Positions 12,470 to 25,724 of a stretch of 64,000 bases of DNA are shown piece after piece. This stretch comes from Eledone cirrhosa (taxonomy: Eukaryota): contig OZ024754.1 of NCBI GenBank assembly GCA_964016885.1, positions 17,608,001-17,672,000 of the forward strand. Reading direction: 5' to 3'. Within the stretch, counting starts at the first letter, position 1, and each line of letters starts with the position of its first letter. Position numbers and translations under genes: made by a program. Below the pieces are notes generated by a model that searched no databases, was not told the DNA's origin, and saw nothing but the letters and a program-made list of their open reading frames with translations.

Positions 12470-12649
12470 CATCCAAAATTGTTATCTCTTCTTCCAGTCC
12501 TTTACATTTGGTAATCTCTTCTTCATAAACACTTCGTAATTTACTCACTTCTTGCTTCAAAGATTTCACTTCTTCATCTTTTTCTTCAAGATGTAGGGTC
12601 AGATCTTTCATCTTTTTGTTGTATTCTAATTCATCTTTCAATCTCATCT
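12470..12649 (-). CDS. Coiled-coil repeat exon, 180 nt
   Basis: TAAG|AG ATG ... GAT G|GTAAAT. Confidence 0.85.
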
Positions 12650-12800
12650 CTTAAATTTGTTTTAGAAAACATTCAAATAAAAATGAAATGTTAGATTAAG
12701 ATATATTTGATGTCCTTATAAATATATTTGAGAATATCTAAAGAATAATGACCTCATTCTTAAGATTATTATGAAGAAGTTATGATATCAATATATTTAC

Positions 12801-12980
12801 CTTCCAACATTGTTATCTGTTCCTCCAGTGATTTACATTTTGTAATCTCTTCTTTATTGTTACTGTGTGTTTTAATCACTTCTTCCTTGAATATCTTCAC
12901 TTCCTCATCTCTTTTTTTGAGGCATATGGTGAGTTTTTTCTTCATTTCATTGTATTCCAATTCACCTTTTAATCTCATCT
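12801..12980 (-). CDS. Coiled-coil repeat exon, 180 nt
   Basis: GAAG|AG ATG ... GAA G|GTAAAT. Confidence 0.85.
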
Positions 12981-13978
12981 CTTCAATTTGTTTTAGAAAA
13001 TATTGAAACAAAAATGAAATGTTATGTTAAGTTAGATTATATTTCATTATAAATATAATCTTAATCTAACTCTAGTGGTGTTATTTATTGAACTCTGAAG
13101 TAATTTAATAATTTGTATTAATAAACTAGTGTGTAAATGCATTCATGTTTATAGTTTGAGCAGATGTGGGTGCTATAAGCTACCCTGTTGAAAGGAATGT
13201 ATACAGGGTAGAGATGACTTATTAGTCCTCTCAGACAACCTCCTTAGTGTGAGTGGCAGGATAAAAGGCACACTGTCTACACTGTAAAGATGTTGGTAAT
13301 AGGAAGAATTTCAACCCAGAAAAATCATGCCAAAGCCATGACTGCTACAATGCACAAGATAAACAGTAACTGCATATATCTAACTAACTCTAACTATGTT
13401 AGTGTGGAATACTGTAATAGGAGGAAGAGGGCTAAGCTATCTTTTTATGAGAAATCTTTGATCATCATCAAACATCTTGCAATCCCTTTCAACTACAGAA
13501 ATCTGTGACCAAAAGATGACCCAATTACTGCAGGACATCCCTTTACTGTAAGGCAACATATTTCAGAGCTGCCACTCCTAATGTAGGGACTCTGAAAGGT
13601 AGATCAGATGAAATTATGGAGATGCTTTTGCATGGACGAGTAGATGATGATAATGATGATATATATATGTCCAGTTTTTCCTTCAACTTGCTTTCCTTCT
13701 TAAATCTTCTCTTTCTGAAGAATCCTTCTACTTGTAACTCCTGTTACTTCCCTCAACAATCATCAACCATACCATCATATGGCCATACCATAACAACCTT
13801 CTCTCTGCCAAACTAAACCTACTGCCACTATGCCCAGTTTTCTCTCCAATTTTCTGTGCTTTGTCACACCAATATTACATCTAATAAACAATTATAACAT
13901 CATTTCTTTCTAACCTTTGCCCCTTCTCTGTATTCAATGCCCATATATTGCTAAAATATGTTGTTATTATATATTTAC

Positions 13979-14158
13979 CAGCCAAAATTGTTATCTCTTC
14001 CTCCACTGATTTGTATTTGTTAATTTCTTCTTCATAGATACTTTGTACTTCAATTATTTGTTGCTTTGAAGACTTCACTTCCTCATCTTTTTCACTGAGA
14101 CGTTGGGTCAGATGTTTCATCCTTTCATGGTATTCCAATTCCTGTTTTACTTTCATCT
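13979..14158 (-). CDS. Coiled-coil repeat exon, 180 nt
   Basis: GAAG|AG ATG AAA GTA ... GCT G|GTAAAT. Confidence 0.85.
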
Positions 14159-14772
14159 CTTCAATTTGTTTTACAAAACATTCAAATAAAGTGAAATGTT
14201 AGGTTAAGTTAGATTAGAAGAGATTAGATGTCATGATAAATATTTTTTGATAATATTTTATGAATAATGACTTCATTCTTGACCAAAAGATGACCCAACC
14301 ACAACTGGACACCACCCGCACCCCGTTTACTTTAAGGCAACACCTTACCGAGCTACCATTCCAAATGTCGGCACTGTGAAATTGTAGAGATGATTGAGCA
14401 GAGACAAGTAGATGATGATGGTGATGATGATGATGGCAGCAACAGCAACAACAATGACAATGGCAATGATGATATATGTCCAGTTTTCCCTTTCTGTAGA
14501 GTCCTTCCATATTGGCAAATTTACACTAACAAATCATGAACCATAACAGTCACATGTCCAGACCATCACAAACATCTGTGTTAAACAATAAATCTCATTG
14601 ACCCTATGCCCAGTTTTTCCTTCAATTTGTCTGTGCTTTGTTTATCATCCACACCAATATTACAACTTCCAGTGAAACATGCCAGCTTCATTTTTTCTTG
14701 CTTTTGCACCTCCTCTACATTCAATATCCATATCTCACTATAATGTGACATAATATCATTATATTTACCTTC

Positions 14773-14913
14773 AAACCCCACCGAGGTTAGCTTTGCTTTT
14801 CATCCTTATGAGATCGATAAAATAAAGTACCAGTAATGTACTAGCATTGATTTAATCGACTTACCCCTCCCTACAAAAATTGTTGAACTTGTGCCTAGAT
14901 CAGAAAATAATAT
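14773..14913 (+). mobile_element. 5'-truncated SINE inserted at the exon donor site
   Basis: Core CTTTCATCCTTA...GATAAAATAAAGTACCAG; flanked by TATTTACCTTC duplication (14762-14772, 14914-14924). Confidence 0.8.
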
Positions 14914-14920
14914 TATTTAC

Positions 14921-15100
14921 CTTCCAGAATCTTCACCTGTTCCTCCAATGATTGACATTTGGCAATCTCTTCTTTATAGCCACTTTGTATTTTAACCACT
15001 TCTTCTTTCAAAGACCTCACTTCCTCAACTTTTTTACTGTGATCTTGGTTCAGTTCATTTATTTTTTTGTTGTGTTCCGATTCATCTTTTAATCTTAGCT
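14921..15100 (-). CDS. Coiled-coil repeat exon, 180 nt (absent from the ORF track)
   Basis: TAAG|AG CTA AGA TTA AAA GAT ... CTG GAA G|GTAAAT; translated by hand as LRLKDESEHNKKINELNQDHSKKVEEV...VKILE. Confidence 0.85.
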
Positions 15101-15831
15101 CTTAAATTTGTTTTAAAAAAACATTCAAATAAAAGTGAAATGTTAGGTTAAGTTAGATTAGATGTCATATAAATATTTGTGTGAATATTTAATGAATAAT
15201 AACTTAATTCTTAATTTAACTTTAGCAATATTATTTATTGATCTATGAATATACCCAACAATTCTCCTCATACCACTTTCACCATGTCACACCAACAGAC
15301 ATCATACTAAACATTTTGTCCAATTCTTTCTCTACTAGAATTACATCCTACTAACTGTCTTGTCAATGTTCCCATCAAAACACTAACACCAAATATTTCA
15401 AACTAAATATTAACCATAATCACCACACTCAGGTGTTGCTATATTCTCACCTGAAAAGATGTGAAATATACCTGCAAACTCTTTTCTCAGTCAAATTAAT
15501 ACAAAAATAATCTAAACCTGCTAAACCAGGTCAGGTTTAAGGTTGGTAGACAGGATTTCACCAGCACAGCATATCCCCAGTCCTTGCGATCCTTTGTCTT
15601 CTCTGTTTTGAGGTTCTGACAAATTCATCAGATATATCTAAACCGGCTAAACCACCCAGTCAACACTAACATGGAAATATCAACATAAACACAACTACCA
15701 GAATTGTTCTGTCCTTCCTTAAACAGTAGAATGGTAAAATGTAATACAAATCTAATTTTACAGAAGTTGAACTAGAGATAATATCAAATTTGTTCATGTC
15801 AATCCTCTGTGTAGTTTTTCTTCAGCTAAAT

Positions 15832-15987
15832 CAGGCATGGGCAACCTTTTTTTAGCAGTGGGCCGCATAGGATATAGCTCATCATAAGGCGGGCTGCACT
15901 TCTAGAAAATTCAAGGCAATTCAGTATGCTATTGAGAAAGCCAAATAGGCTGCATGCAGCTCTCAGGCCTCAGTTTGGCCATGACTG
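15832..15987. mobile_element. hAT-like MITE (copy at 45711-45860)
   Basis: Ends CAGGCATGGGCAA...TTGGCCATGACTG; imperfect 8-bp flanks AGCTAAAT/AACTAAAC. Confidence 0.65.
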
Positions 15988-17789
15988 AACTAAACACTTT
16001 TTGTTAATTTTCTTTCAATACTTTCAATACTTATTGATCTAGAAATTAATGATCTTTTTCAGCAAGCAGACTTGGTGGATTTAGTGAAGACTAACCATGC
16101 AACAGGTTGTAGTGGATTATATGTTGCTTGTAGTGCACAAGAGCAACATGGGGTATATATCATCATCATTTCATTTACAACTGCGCTTATATGAACAAAT
16201 AAATTTGGGAAGAAATTTTTGTGGGTGTTTTATTTTTTTTACAGCTCAATGCCCTTCCTGACACAAACACTTTTAATGCCCTTTTACAATGTACTAAATT
16301 ATGGTGTACTAACCTGGGATAAACATTTTCGAACCCCAGTTAGATGCAAAACACATCACAACAGAAACACAAACCCTCCATCTCAATTTTATTTTTGATA
16401 ATCACAGTTACTGTGAAACTGGTAAAGTAAATAAATATTCTCAAAAGACTCCAGTTGCATTTTTAATTTCCTTTCCTTATATATATAATTGCTGGTGATC
16501 TACACAATAAAAACACCCAGTATATGCTGTAAAGTGGTTGGAGTTAGGAATAGGAAGGGCATCAAGCTGTAGAAAGCTTGCCAAACAAGATGTTAGGAGG
16601 ACGCTTCAGTTTGTGTCAAAAGACAAGACAATTTCGCTATATTTGATATGACAGTACATAAGTGTGATACAGACCCCTTTGCCGGTCTGAGAGGTCAGAA
16701 GCCCCACTTCAGTACTGACTTGGTCTCTGTAGACTCATCCAGCCCTTGCTAGCAGGAAAAGTAGACATTGAATGATGATGATGGTGATGATGATAATAAA
16801 TAGAAAGATCAATAGAGCAACATCCAGAGAGTACTCAACACATGTTATATATAACCATAGAGCAAATATTTATTATTTGAACAGATTAAAATTAAGCACA
16901 TTTTGGGATCTTCAGGGTGAAAGCAAAGGCTTTAATCTGTTCAACCAATATTAATATATACATCATCATTATCGTCTGTTTTCCCTGCTGCTCAGTACTC
17001 AGGAGGAACTACTGATCTCTCCAAAATGTCGGGTGCCTGCATCTTACTTACATATGTTCCTGTACTCTACAATGTGCATTTTATCATGGCACCATGACTA
17101 GATAAGTTCTCATGTCTTTCACACGGCTAAAGAATCCTCCTGACCCATTGTTTGGCAAGTTTTCTATGGCTGGATGCTCTTCCTATCACCAACCTTTTTA
17201 CAGATTGTAATGGGTGCATTTTTCAAGTAGATCACCAACACTAAGGAGGTCCTTTCTATGGTACAACTAAAGTATCATCTCAATCCTTTCTGGCATAGTT
17301 TCTTCGTTGGGAGGCCTTTCCTAATAACAACCACTTTAAAAGGTGTACTAACGGCATTTGTTTTATGGTACCACTACCAGAGAAGTTGTCAGTCATTGAC
17401 TCAACTGAAAAGTTCTAAGGTTGAGGTAGTGGGGGGTATATGTCATGGATCAGTGATTAATGTGTTAGGGTGGTGAGATTTGATGGCGTGGTGATGGGGA
17501 GAGAGAGAGAGGTGGGAGATATTATGGGTTTTAGAGGGGGATGGGGGTTCTGCATAGTGTGGGAGAGAGGTTGTGTGTGATCCAGGATAGAGTGTGGATG
17601 TTAGGATTAATGAGGAGTGGAGGTGATCTTGCATATAGTACAGGTAGAATTGTATAGTGATGCTGAGGAGGGAAGGTGACAGTGAGGGTTCATGAAATGG
17701 GTGGGGGTATACAGTGATAGTGAGGGTAGTTACTAAAGGGTTATAGGGAAGTTGTGTGTGTGTAGGAGAGCACATGTATGGGTCATATT

Positions 17790-19060
17790 TTAGGCTGGTA
17801 AGTGGGTTTTCATCAGTACAGCACGTTACCAATTCTCACAGTCCTTTGTCATCTCCATGGTAAGGTTCATCTTCTAAGATCACTCCTTACTACCTCAGTC
17901 CTTGTCTTCCTGGGTCTGTATCTTCCACAAGTTCCAACCAGTAAGATTTTTCTGCACATCTTTATACAGCTGTTATCTTCCATATACATCACATGTCCAT
18001 ACCAGCACAGTCTTCTCTCTTGCACACTACATCCAATTCCTCTTCTGCCAAGTTTTATTTCATCCTGTTTATGCTACGTTGTTCATGCACACCAACATTA
18101 CACATCCATTGAAGCATACTTACTTCATTTCTTTCCAGCCTTCATAGGTCTTTTTCAGTCAAGTCTCATGTCTCACTACCATATAGCATTGCTTTACCCA
18201 TGTTTGGTATCATACAGTCAATCCTTCAATCTGAGTGAGAAACTCTCAGTTGTCAACAGAGGTGCCAACTCCCTAAATTTCTTCTAGCCTGGCTATCTCA
18301 GAGCATTTTTCCCCATGGCTGATTATGTCACCTAGATAACAAAAGCTGTCAACAACTTCTAAGGACCCTCCCTGGTAGCTGAAGGAATCTATTTAAGGCA
18401 CACTCTTACTGCTCACGTTTGTGTATCTGCCATTTACAAAGTCTATCTAATAGAATATTTAATGAATGATTCTTAATAAAACATGTGATAATGTTTGTAG
18501 TCATATTAAAATTAAAATTATTCACACTGAAGTCATGTCCGTATGTAACATGGTGCGGTAAATAAATATATACATATACACCAGGTCTGAGCATAAAGGT
18601 ACCAAACTCCTACAGTCACTGCCTTCATCTCTCCCACTCTCCCCATCTCTCCCATTCTACCTATCTCTCCCACTCTCCCCATCTCTCCCACTCTACCTAT
18701 CTCTCCCTATTATCAACAAATGGGGGCCTAAAGTCAATCTTCTCTATTAACCTTTCTGCAATACCACTACACTTATACCTTCATAAACACTGTGTGCATC
18801 TTATGGGTTTTTTGTAACTTCCCTGACAGCTTTATGTCCACCTTCCTACTTAATAAGATTTTAGTCTTTGCTAAGTTAATTTTTAGGCCATTTGATTCAA
18901 GAGTTTTTTTCAGGCCTGGAATCTTGCTTCAAACTTTACCACAGATTCAGCTATATATCAATATATAGAAGTTCCTAGGGAGTGTCAGTGTTAAACACCT
19001 CAGTTATGGTTTGAAGGACAATAATAAAAAGGAAATGGCTGAGGACAGAGCCCTTGAAGT
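17790..19060 (-). mobile_element. Old, fragmented RTE-like LINE
   Basis: Decayed WYGHV, GRPRK and GSET-like segments at 17790-18410; RT-like remnants at ~18790-19060. Confidence 0.6.
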
Positions 19061-19088
19061 CGGTTGAAAATTATATATATATATATAT

Positions 19089-19119
<31 letters not shown>

Positions 19120-19220
19120 CCGTTTTACGTCCGTTCTTCCACGCTAGCATGGGTTAGACGGGTTGTCTTGTTGTGGGCAGTGTCTGGTCGGCTGACCATG
19201 CCTTGCTCATACAGGAACTG

Positions 19221-19252
<32 letters not shown>

Positions 19253-19928
19253 AATATATATAAAAACAAATAACGAAACGAAATTAAATTTCGTTTCGCT
19301 TCTAACTCACTTTAGTATGACTGACGCTTGAACAATTAAGTTAAAGTGTACATCTACATATGTATACGGAAGTACTAGTATGCATATAAATACACACATG
19401 TATACATATGTATATGTACCGAGTTTTTCACTAGACACTTTACAGTGAGTGTCCAGCTAGTCTGTATGTAAACAAACAGACGAACCGGGTTTTAAAGTCA
19501 TACGAGTTTTCAAGGAAACACACTTCCTCTATTCTCCAGAGAGCCAGACAGGAATATTGGACTAGTTTCGATGTTATTACATCTCATCAGCAATATATAC
19601 CTATCTTCCGGCTTCTCTGGAGAATTGTAAAAGCACATATCGTTATATGCTTTTTCTGTGAAAATCAGTAGTGGGCAGACTAATTTGCATAGAACGTGAG
19701 TCATTGTACGCACCGGTTCAGCGGAAACGATAAAAACAAATAACGAAACGAAATTAAATTTCGTTTCGCTTCTAACTCACTTTTGTATGACTGACGCTTA
19801 AACAATTAAGTTAAAGTAAAGTGTCTAGTGAAAAACTCGGTACATGTACATATGTATACATGTGTGTATTTATATGCATACTAGTACTTCCGTATACATA
19901 TGTAGATGTACACTTTAACTTAATTGTT

Positions 19929-20187
<259 letters not shown>

Positions 20188-20338
20188 CGCCAACACTACA
20201 CCTGATATTCCCCACCACACACATGCATGACTCATACACTATTCACTTTCCTGACTTTTGTACATTGTTCTATGTACTATACATGCACCTTTGATAGGTT
20301 GTAGTGCACCTGAGCACTGTACACAATAATTTTCATTA
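20188..20338 (+). mobile_element. CR1-type LINE 3'UTR fragment
   Basis: Reverse complement of 37590-37760; similar copies at 51625-52150 and 57895-58005. Confidence 0.7.
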
Positions 20339-20389
20339 TATATATATATATATATATAGATATATATATATTTATATTTATAGATATAT

Positions 20390-20845
20390 ATCATCATCAT
20401 TGTTTAACATCCATTTTCTCTGCTAGCAAGGGTTAGATGAGCTGTCCTGCTGTGAGACAAGCCAGGTCGAAGGACCATGTTTTGCTCACATAGAACTGAT
20501 TTTGGCTTGGTTTCTATGGCTAGATGTTCTTCCTAATGCCAATCCCATATACAGTGTGGATTGGGCACTTTTTGTTGTGACACCTACATGATCACTTTAC
20601 AGTGTAGACTGGGTGCTTTTTGTTGTGACACCTACACAACCACTTTACAGTGTGAACAGGGAGCTTTTTGTCGTGATCCCTACACAACCACTTTACAGTG
20701 TGAACAGGGAGCTTTTTGTCATGACACCTACACAACCACTTTACAGTGTGAACAGGGAGCTTTTTGTCGTGATCCCTACATGATCACTTTACAGTGTGGA
20801 CAGGGAGCTTTTTGTCATGACACCTACACAACCACTTTACAACAT
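20390..20845 (-). mobile_element. RTE 3'UTR/tail with an expanded 48-bp tandem repeat (~6 copies, 20560-20845)
   Basis: Unit CCACTTTACAGTGTGAACAGGGAGCTTTTTGTCGTGATCCCTACACAA; the same motif occurs at lower copy number in other RTE tails. Confidence 0.8.
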
Positions 20846-21336
20846 GACAGGAGGAGTAGTAAACTTATTACACTTTAAGTAAAGTCCACCCCATTATACG
20901 AACAATGATATGATATGAAATGTATCTAATTTTCATGTATTCATTGAATAAACTTGTAAACTTAAATAATATAAAAATATAGAAAACAAACAAGGAAATC
21001 TACTGCTTCGACAAAAATTTAATCCATACCAAAAATGAATATATTTTTATCGTTTGAATAAAGTATATTACACTACTTAGAGGTGTTTAGAAAATATATC
21101 CATATGTATACATGTATATATGTGCATTTGTATATATGAATATATATATTTATAAATATATATATATATATATGTGCTCAGTTTTTCCTTCAATTCGTCA
21201 ATGGTTTGTCCTTCGTGCACACAAGCATTGTACATCCAGTGAAGTACGCTAGTCTCATTTCCTTCTGACATTTGCCCATTCTCTGTATCCACTGCCCATG
21301 TTTCACTAAAATATGACATCACATTATCATATTTCT

Positions 21337-21516
21337 TTTTCAATGCTGATATCTGTTCCTTTAGTGATTTACATTGAGAAATATGTTTTCCATAGATACT
21401 TTGTATTTTAACCACTTCTTTCTTGGAAGTCTTCGCTTCCTCATCTTTTTCATTGATATGTTGGGTCGGGTATTCATTCATTTCATTGTATTCCAGTTCA
21501 CATTTTAATTTCAGCG
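21337..21516 (-). pseudogene. Repeat exon copy with lost splice donor (pseudo-exon or read-through terminal exon)
   Basis: Acceptor GAAG| intact and frame open. The donor position reads AAA A|AG AAA TAT instead of GAA G|GT AAA TAT. The frame continues to a stop at 21077. Confidence 0.65.
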
Positions 21517-21667
21517 CTTCAATTTGTTTTTGGAAACATTCAAATAAAAATGAAATGTTATGTTAGGTTAGGTTAATATTTATTAGGTGTCATTGTAAAT
21601 ATTTTTGTAAATATTGTATGAATAATGACTTCATTCTTGACTTAACTCTAGTTAACATTATTTATGT

Positions 21668-21774
21668 TCAAATCCCGCCGAGGTCAACTTTGCCTTTCAT
21701 CCTTACGGGGTCGATAAAATGAAGTACCAGTAATGTACTGGGTAATTGCTGGCCTTGTGCCAAAAGTAGAAACA
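21668..21774 (+). mobile_element. 5'-truncated SINE
   Basis: Same family as 43825-44008; ATTATTTATG flanking duplication. Confidence 0.8.
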
Positions 21775-22595
21775 ATTATTTATGGATCTATTAAGTAATT
21801 GAATAATTTGTACCAACTAGCTTATGTGTATATGAATTCGTAAGTGTTTTTGGAGCAGATGTAGGCCCTATAAACTACAGAAAGGCAACCTATTTAGGAA
21901 AGCTGTAACTCTGAATAAAAAAAATCTGTACAGAGGGGGATACGGACTCTGTAAGCCATGGAGAAGGCAACATGTCTAAGTGAGCAGTCACTCTGATTAA
22001 AAGTGTATATAGTGTAAAAAAGACTACTAACTCCAATCAGACAACTTGTCCAGTGCTAGTGGCAGGCTAAAATACATCCAGTCTATGCTGTAAAGTGTTT
22101 GGTGATAGGAAGGGTGCCCAGCCAGAAAAAAAAACATACCAGAACCATGACTAGTACAACATACAAGATAAACACTAACTGTGTATGTAAAATTACCTCT
22201 AACCATGTTGATGTTGCACATGGTAGTGCCATGGTTAATCTAGCCTTGCATGAGAACACCTTGTTGTCATCAAACAATTGCACATTTCCTTTCATCTACA
22301 GAAAGCTGTAACAAAAAGATGACCCACTCATCACTGGATATTGCTACACTTTAGAGTAACACATCTTAGAGCTTCCACTCTTAATGATGGCACTATGAAA
22401 GGTAGATCAGGTGAAATTGTGCAGGTGTTTCAGCAGAGACAAGTAGATTATGATGATGATGATAGTGATGATGATGATGAGGAAGATTATATACATGTCC
22501 AGGTTTTCTTTCAACTTGTTTTCTTTCTTCAGTCTTAACTTTCTGTAGAGTCCTTTCACTTGGAACTCCTGGCACTTTACCCAAAAATCATCAAC

Positions 22596-22830
22596 CATAC
22601 CATCACATGTCCATACCGTCACATGTCCATACCATCACATGTACATACCGTCACATGTCCATACCATCACATGTCCGTACCATCACATGTACATACCATT
22701 ACATGTCTTTACCATCACATCTCCATACCATCACGTGTCCATACCGTCACATGTCCATACCGTCACATGTCCATACCATCACATGTCCATACCATCACAT
22801 GTCCGTACCATCACATATACATACCATCAC
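22596..22830. repeat. 16-bp minisatellite, ~14 copies
   Basis: CACATGTCCATACCRT. Confidence 0.9.
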
Positions 22831-23003
22831 AATTTTGTCGCACACAATAAATCTCATTGCCCCTCTGCCCAGTTTTTCCTTCAATTTACCTGTCTTGATC
22901 CATCATCCACACCAATATTACATCATCCAGTAAAACATACCAACCTCATCTCTTTCTTGTCTTTACACACCTTCTGCATTGTGACATAATATAATATATT
23001 TAC

Positions 23004-23183
23004 CTTCCAATGCCTCTATCTGTTCCATTAGTGATTCACAGCTGATAGTCTTTTCTTCATAGGCCTTGTGTATTTTATTCACTTCTGTTTTTGAAGTCCT
23101 CCCTTCTTCATCTTTTTCATTGAGACGTTGGGTTAGATCTTTCATCATTTCACTGTATTCCAATTCACTTTTTAATCTCATAT
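23004..23183 (-). CDS. Coiled-coil repeat exon, 180 nt
   Basis: GAAG|AT ATG ... GAA G|GTAAAT. Confidence 0.85.
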
Positions 23184-23568
23184 CTTCAATTTGTTTTTGA
23201 AAAGATTCAAACAAAAATGAAATATTGTTAGGTTAGGAGAGATTAGATGTTAAGAGACATTAGATGATATTCAATAAGTATTTTTTAATATTGTAAGAAT
23301 AACAACTCCATTCATGACTTAACTTATGTAATATTACTTATTGATCTGGGAATTAATCATCTTTTTCACTGAGCCAGCTTGGTTACATGTTACTTGTAGT
23401 GCTCAAGAGCAACCCGAGATATATACTATCATAATTTCAAATATATGCACTAATATATATAACCATATAGCAAACATTTATTATTTGAACAGCTTAAAAA
23501 TTTCACCATATTGGGATCACCAGAGTGAAAGCAAAAACTTGATGCTTAAATATTTCATTAATTCAAAT

Positions 23569-23607
<39 letters not shown>

Positions 23608-24009
23608 CATCATCATCATCATTATCACCACTGTTTTACATCAGCTTTTCCATACTTAAATAGGTTGGATAGGTTTTTTCAGCACACCATCTCTCACATA
23701 GTATTGGTCCCTTTTCATCCCCTCCATTAGATTCAGTGATTTGAGATCAGTGCTAACAACCTCTGCCAAGGTTTTTCTAGGTTCCCCTCAACTGTAGCTC
23801 CTTTCCACTGGGATTTATTGGCATTTCTTTCTCATAGGTTCCTTTCTCACACAATACGGTAACTTGAATTTACTAACTCAACACTGTTCCCCATTTTAGT
23901 CCATTCAATAAACCCACATCTTTTACTCTTACCATATTCACCCTGTTACATCAACAAACTAAACACAAAAGTTAAACTAGAGTTAATATCAAATATTTTC
24001 TTCAGTTAA

Positions 24010-24217
24010 CCCCTTAGCATTTACATTACTCTATATTTAGTATTGTATTTTTACAACAAAGGCTTTATCTCACATAGTATTAAATCTATGAGGTTTGGGT
24101 ATTATTTATTTTGATAACAATACCTTAACAACAATGGGAGTGGCCAATTACAGCCAGTTTGAATAGAAAGAGGTGAGAGAATTCTGGCCGGATATGGCTA
24201 GTTTAGATGCTAAAGGG
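24010..24217. mobile_element. piggyBac-like MITE
   Basis: TTAA|CCCCTTAGCATTTA ... TAGATGCTAAAGGG|TTAA. Confidence 0.75.
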
Positions 24218-24309
24218 TTAAGCTCTTCTTTGTCATTTTCTTTCAACTGCTTTATATCACATTGAAAAGATGGAGTAATTCTAAGAAGTTATGATATCAT
24301 TATATTTAC

Positions 24310-24489
24310 CTTCCAACCTTGTTATATGTTCCTCCAGTGATTTACATTTGGTAATCTGTTCTGCATAGTCATTTTCTAATTTAATCAATTCTTTCTTCGA
24401 ATACTTCACTTCCTCATCTTTGTCGCGGAAATGTTGGGTGAGGGTTGTCACAATTTCATTGTATTCCAAATCACCTTTTAATTTCATTT
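24310..24489 (-). CDS. Coiled-coil repeat exon, 180 nt
   Basis: CAAG|AA ATG ... GAA G|GTAAAT. Confidence 0.85.
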
Positions 24490-25091
24490 CTTGAATTTGT
24501 TTTTAAAAACATTCAAATAAAAGTAAAATTTTAGGTTAAGATATATTTGATCTTATTATATATATTTTTGTTAATATTTTATGAACAATATCTTAATTCT
24601 TGACTTAACACTAGTAATATTATTTATTGATCTAGTAAATAATTGAATAATTTGTACCAACTAGCTTGTGTGTATATGAGTTCATGTGTATTTTTGGAGC
24701 AGATGTGGGCCCTGTAATCCACAGGGAAAGCTACCTGTTGAGAGAAGCTGAATGAAAAACTGTAGGATGGGAATGTGAACTCCAGAAGCTGTAGGAAAGG
24801 CAACTCATCTAAAAGTGAAGTCACTCTGATTAGAGACTAATACAAGGTTGGAAACACTCTTAACACTTATTAGATATCCTCTCTAGTGGCAGGATAAAAT
24901 GCATCTAGTCTACTCTGTATAGTGATTGGAGATAGGAAGAGCCATGACATGTATAACACACAAGTGTGCTAAATCTTAAAAACCATGACTAATACAACAC
25001 ACAAAATAACTCATTTTCCATCTTCAGTCTTCCCTTTCTGTAGAGACTTTCAACTTGAAACACTTTGCTCTTCCCCCAACGATCAGCAACC

Positions 25092-25268
25092 ATAACCATT
25101 ACATGACCATACCATAACATGTCCAGTCACATGTCCATACCGTCACATGCCCATAAGTCACATGTCCATAGCGTCACATGTCCATACCATCACATGCCCA
25201 TACCACCACATGTCCATACCGTCATATGTCTATACCGTCACATGTTCATACCATCATATGTCCATACA
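25092..25268. repeat. 16-bp minisatellite, ~11 degenerate copies
   Basis: CACATGTCCATACCRT variants. Confidence 0.85.
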
Positions 25269-25465
25269 ATCTTTTCTCACACAATAAATCGCATTGCCCC
25301 TATGCTCAGTTTTACCTTCAATTTGTCTGTGGCTTATTCATCATCCACACCAATATTACAACATCCATTGAAGCATGTTAGCTGCATTACTTTCTAACCT
25401 TTCCACCTCCTCTGTATTCAATACCCATGTCTCACTACAATGTGACATCATGATATCATATTTAC

Positions 25466-25645
25466 CGTCAACTGTTTTTATCTGTTTTTCCAAAAATTGA
25501 CATCTGGTAGTCGCTTCTTCATAATCACTAAGTATTTTATTCACTTCTTCCTTGGAAGTTATCATTTTCTCATCTTTTTCTTTGATACGTTTGGTCAGAT
25601 CCTTCGTTAATTCCATGTGTGTCAATTCACCTTTTAATCTTATCT
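25466..25645 (-). CDS. Coiled-coil repeat exon, 180 nt
   Basis: GAAG|AG ATA AGA TTA ... GAC G|GTAAAT. Confidence 0.85.
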
Positions 25646-25724
25646 CTTCAATTTATTTTTGAAAACATTCAAATAAATATGAAATGTTACGTTAGATTAG
25701 GATGAATTAAATGTTTTGAGTGCT

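Noticed and set aside
20561-20878. Cys-rich 16-aa repeat peptide
   Set aside because: 48-bp tandem expansion within an RTE 3'UTR
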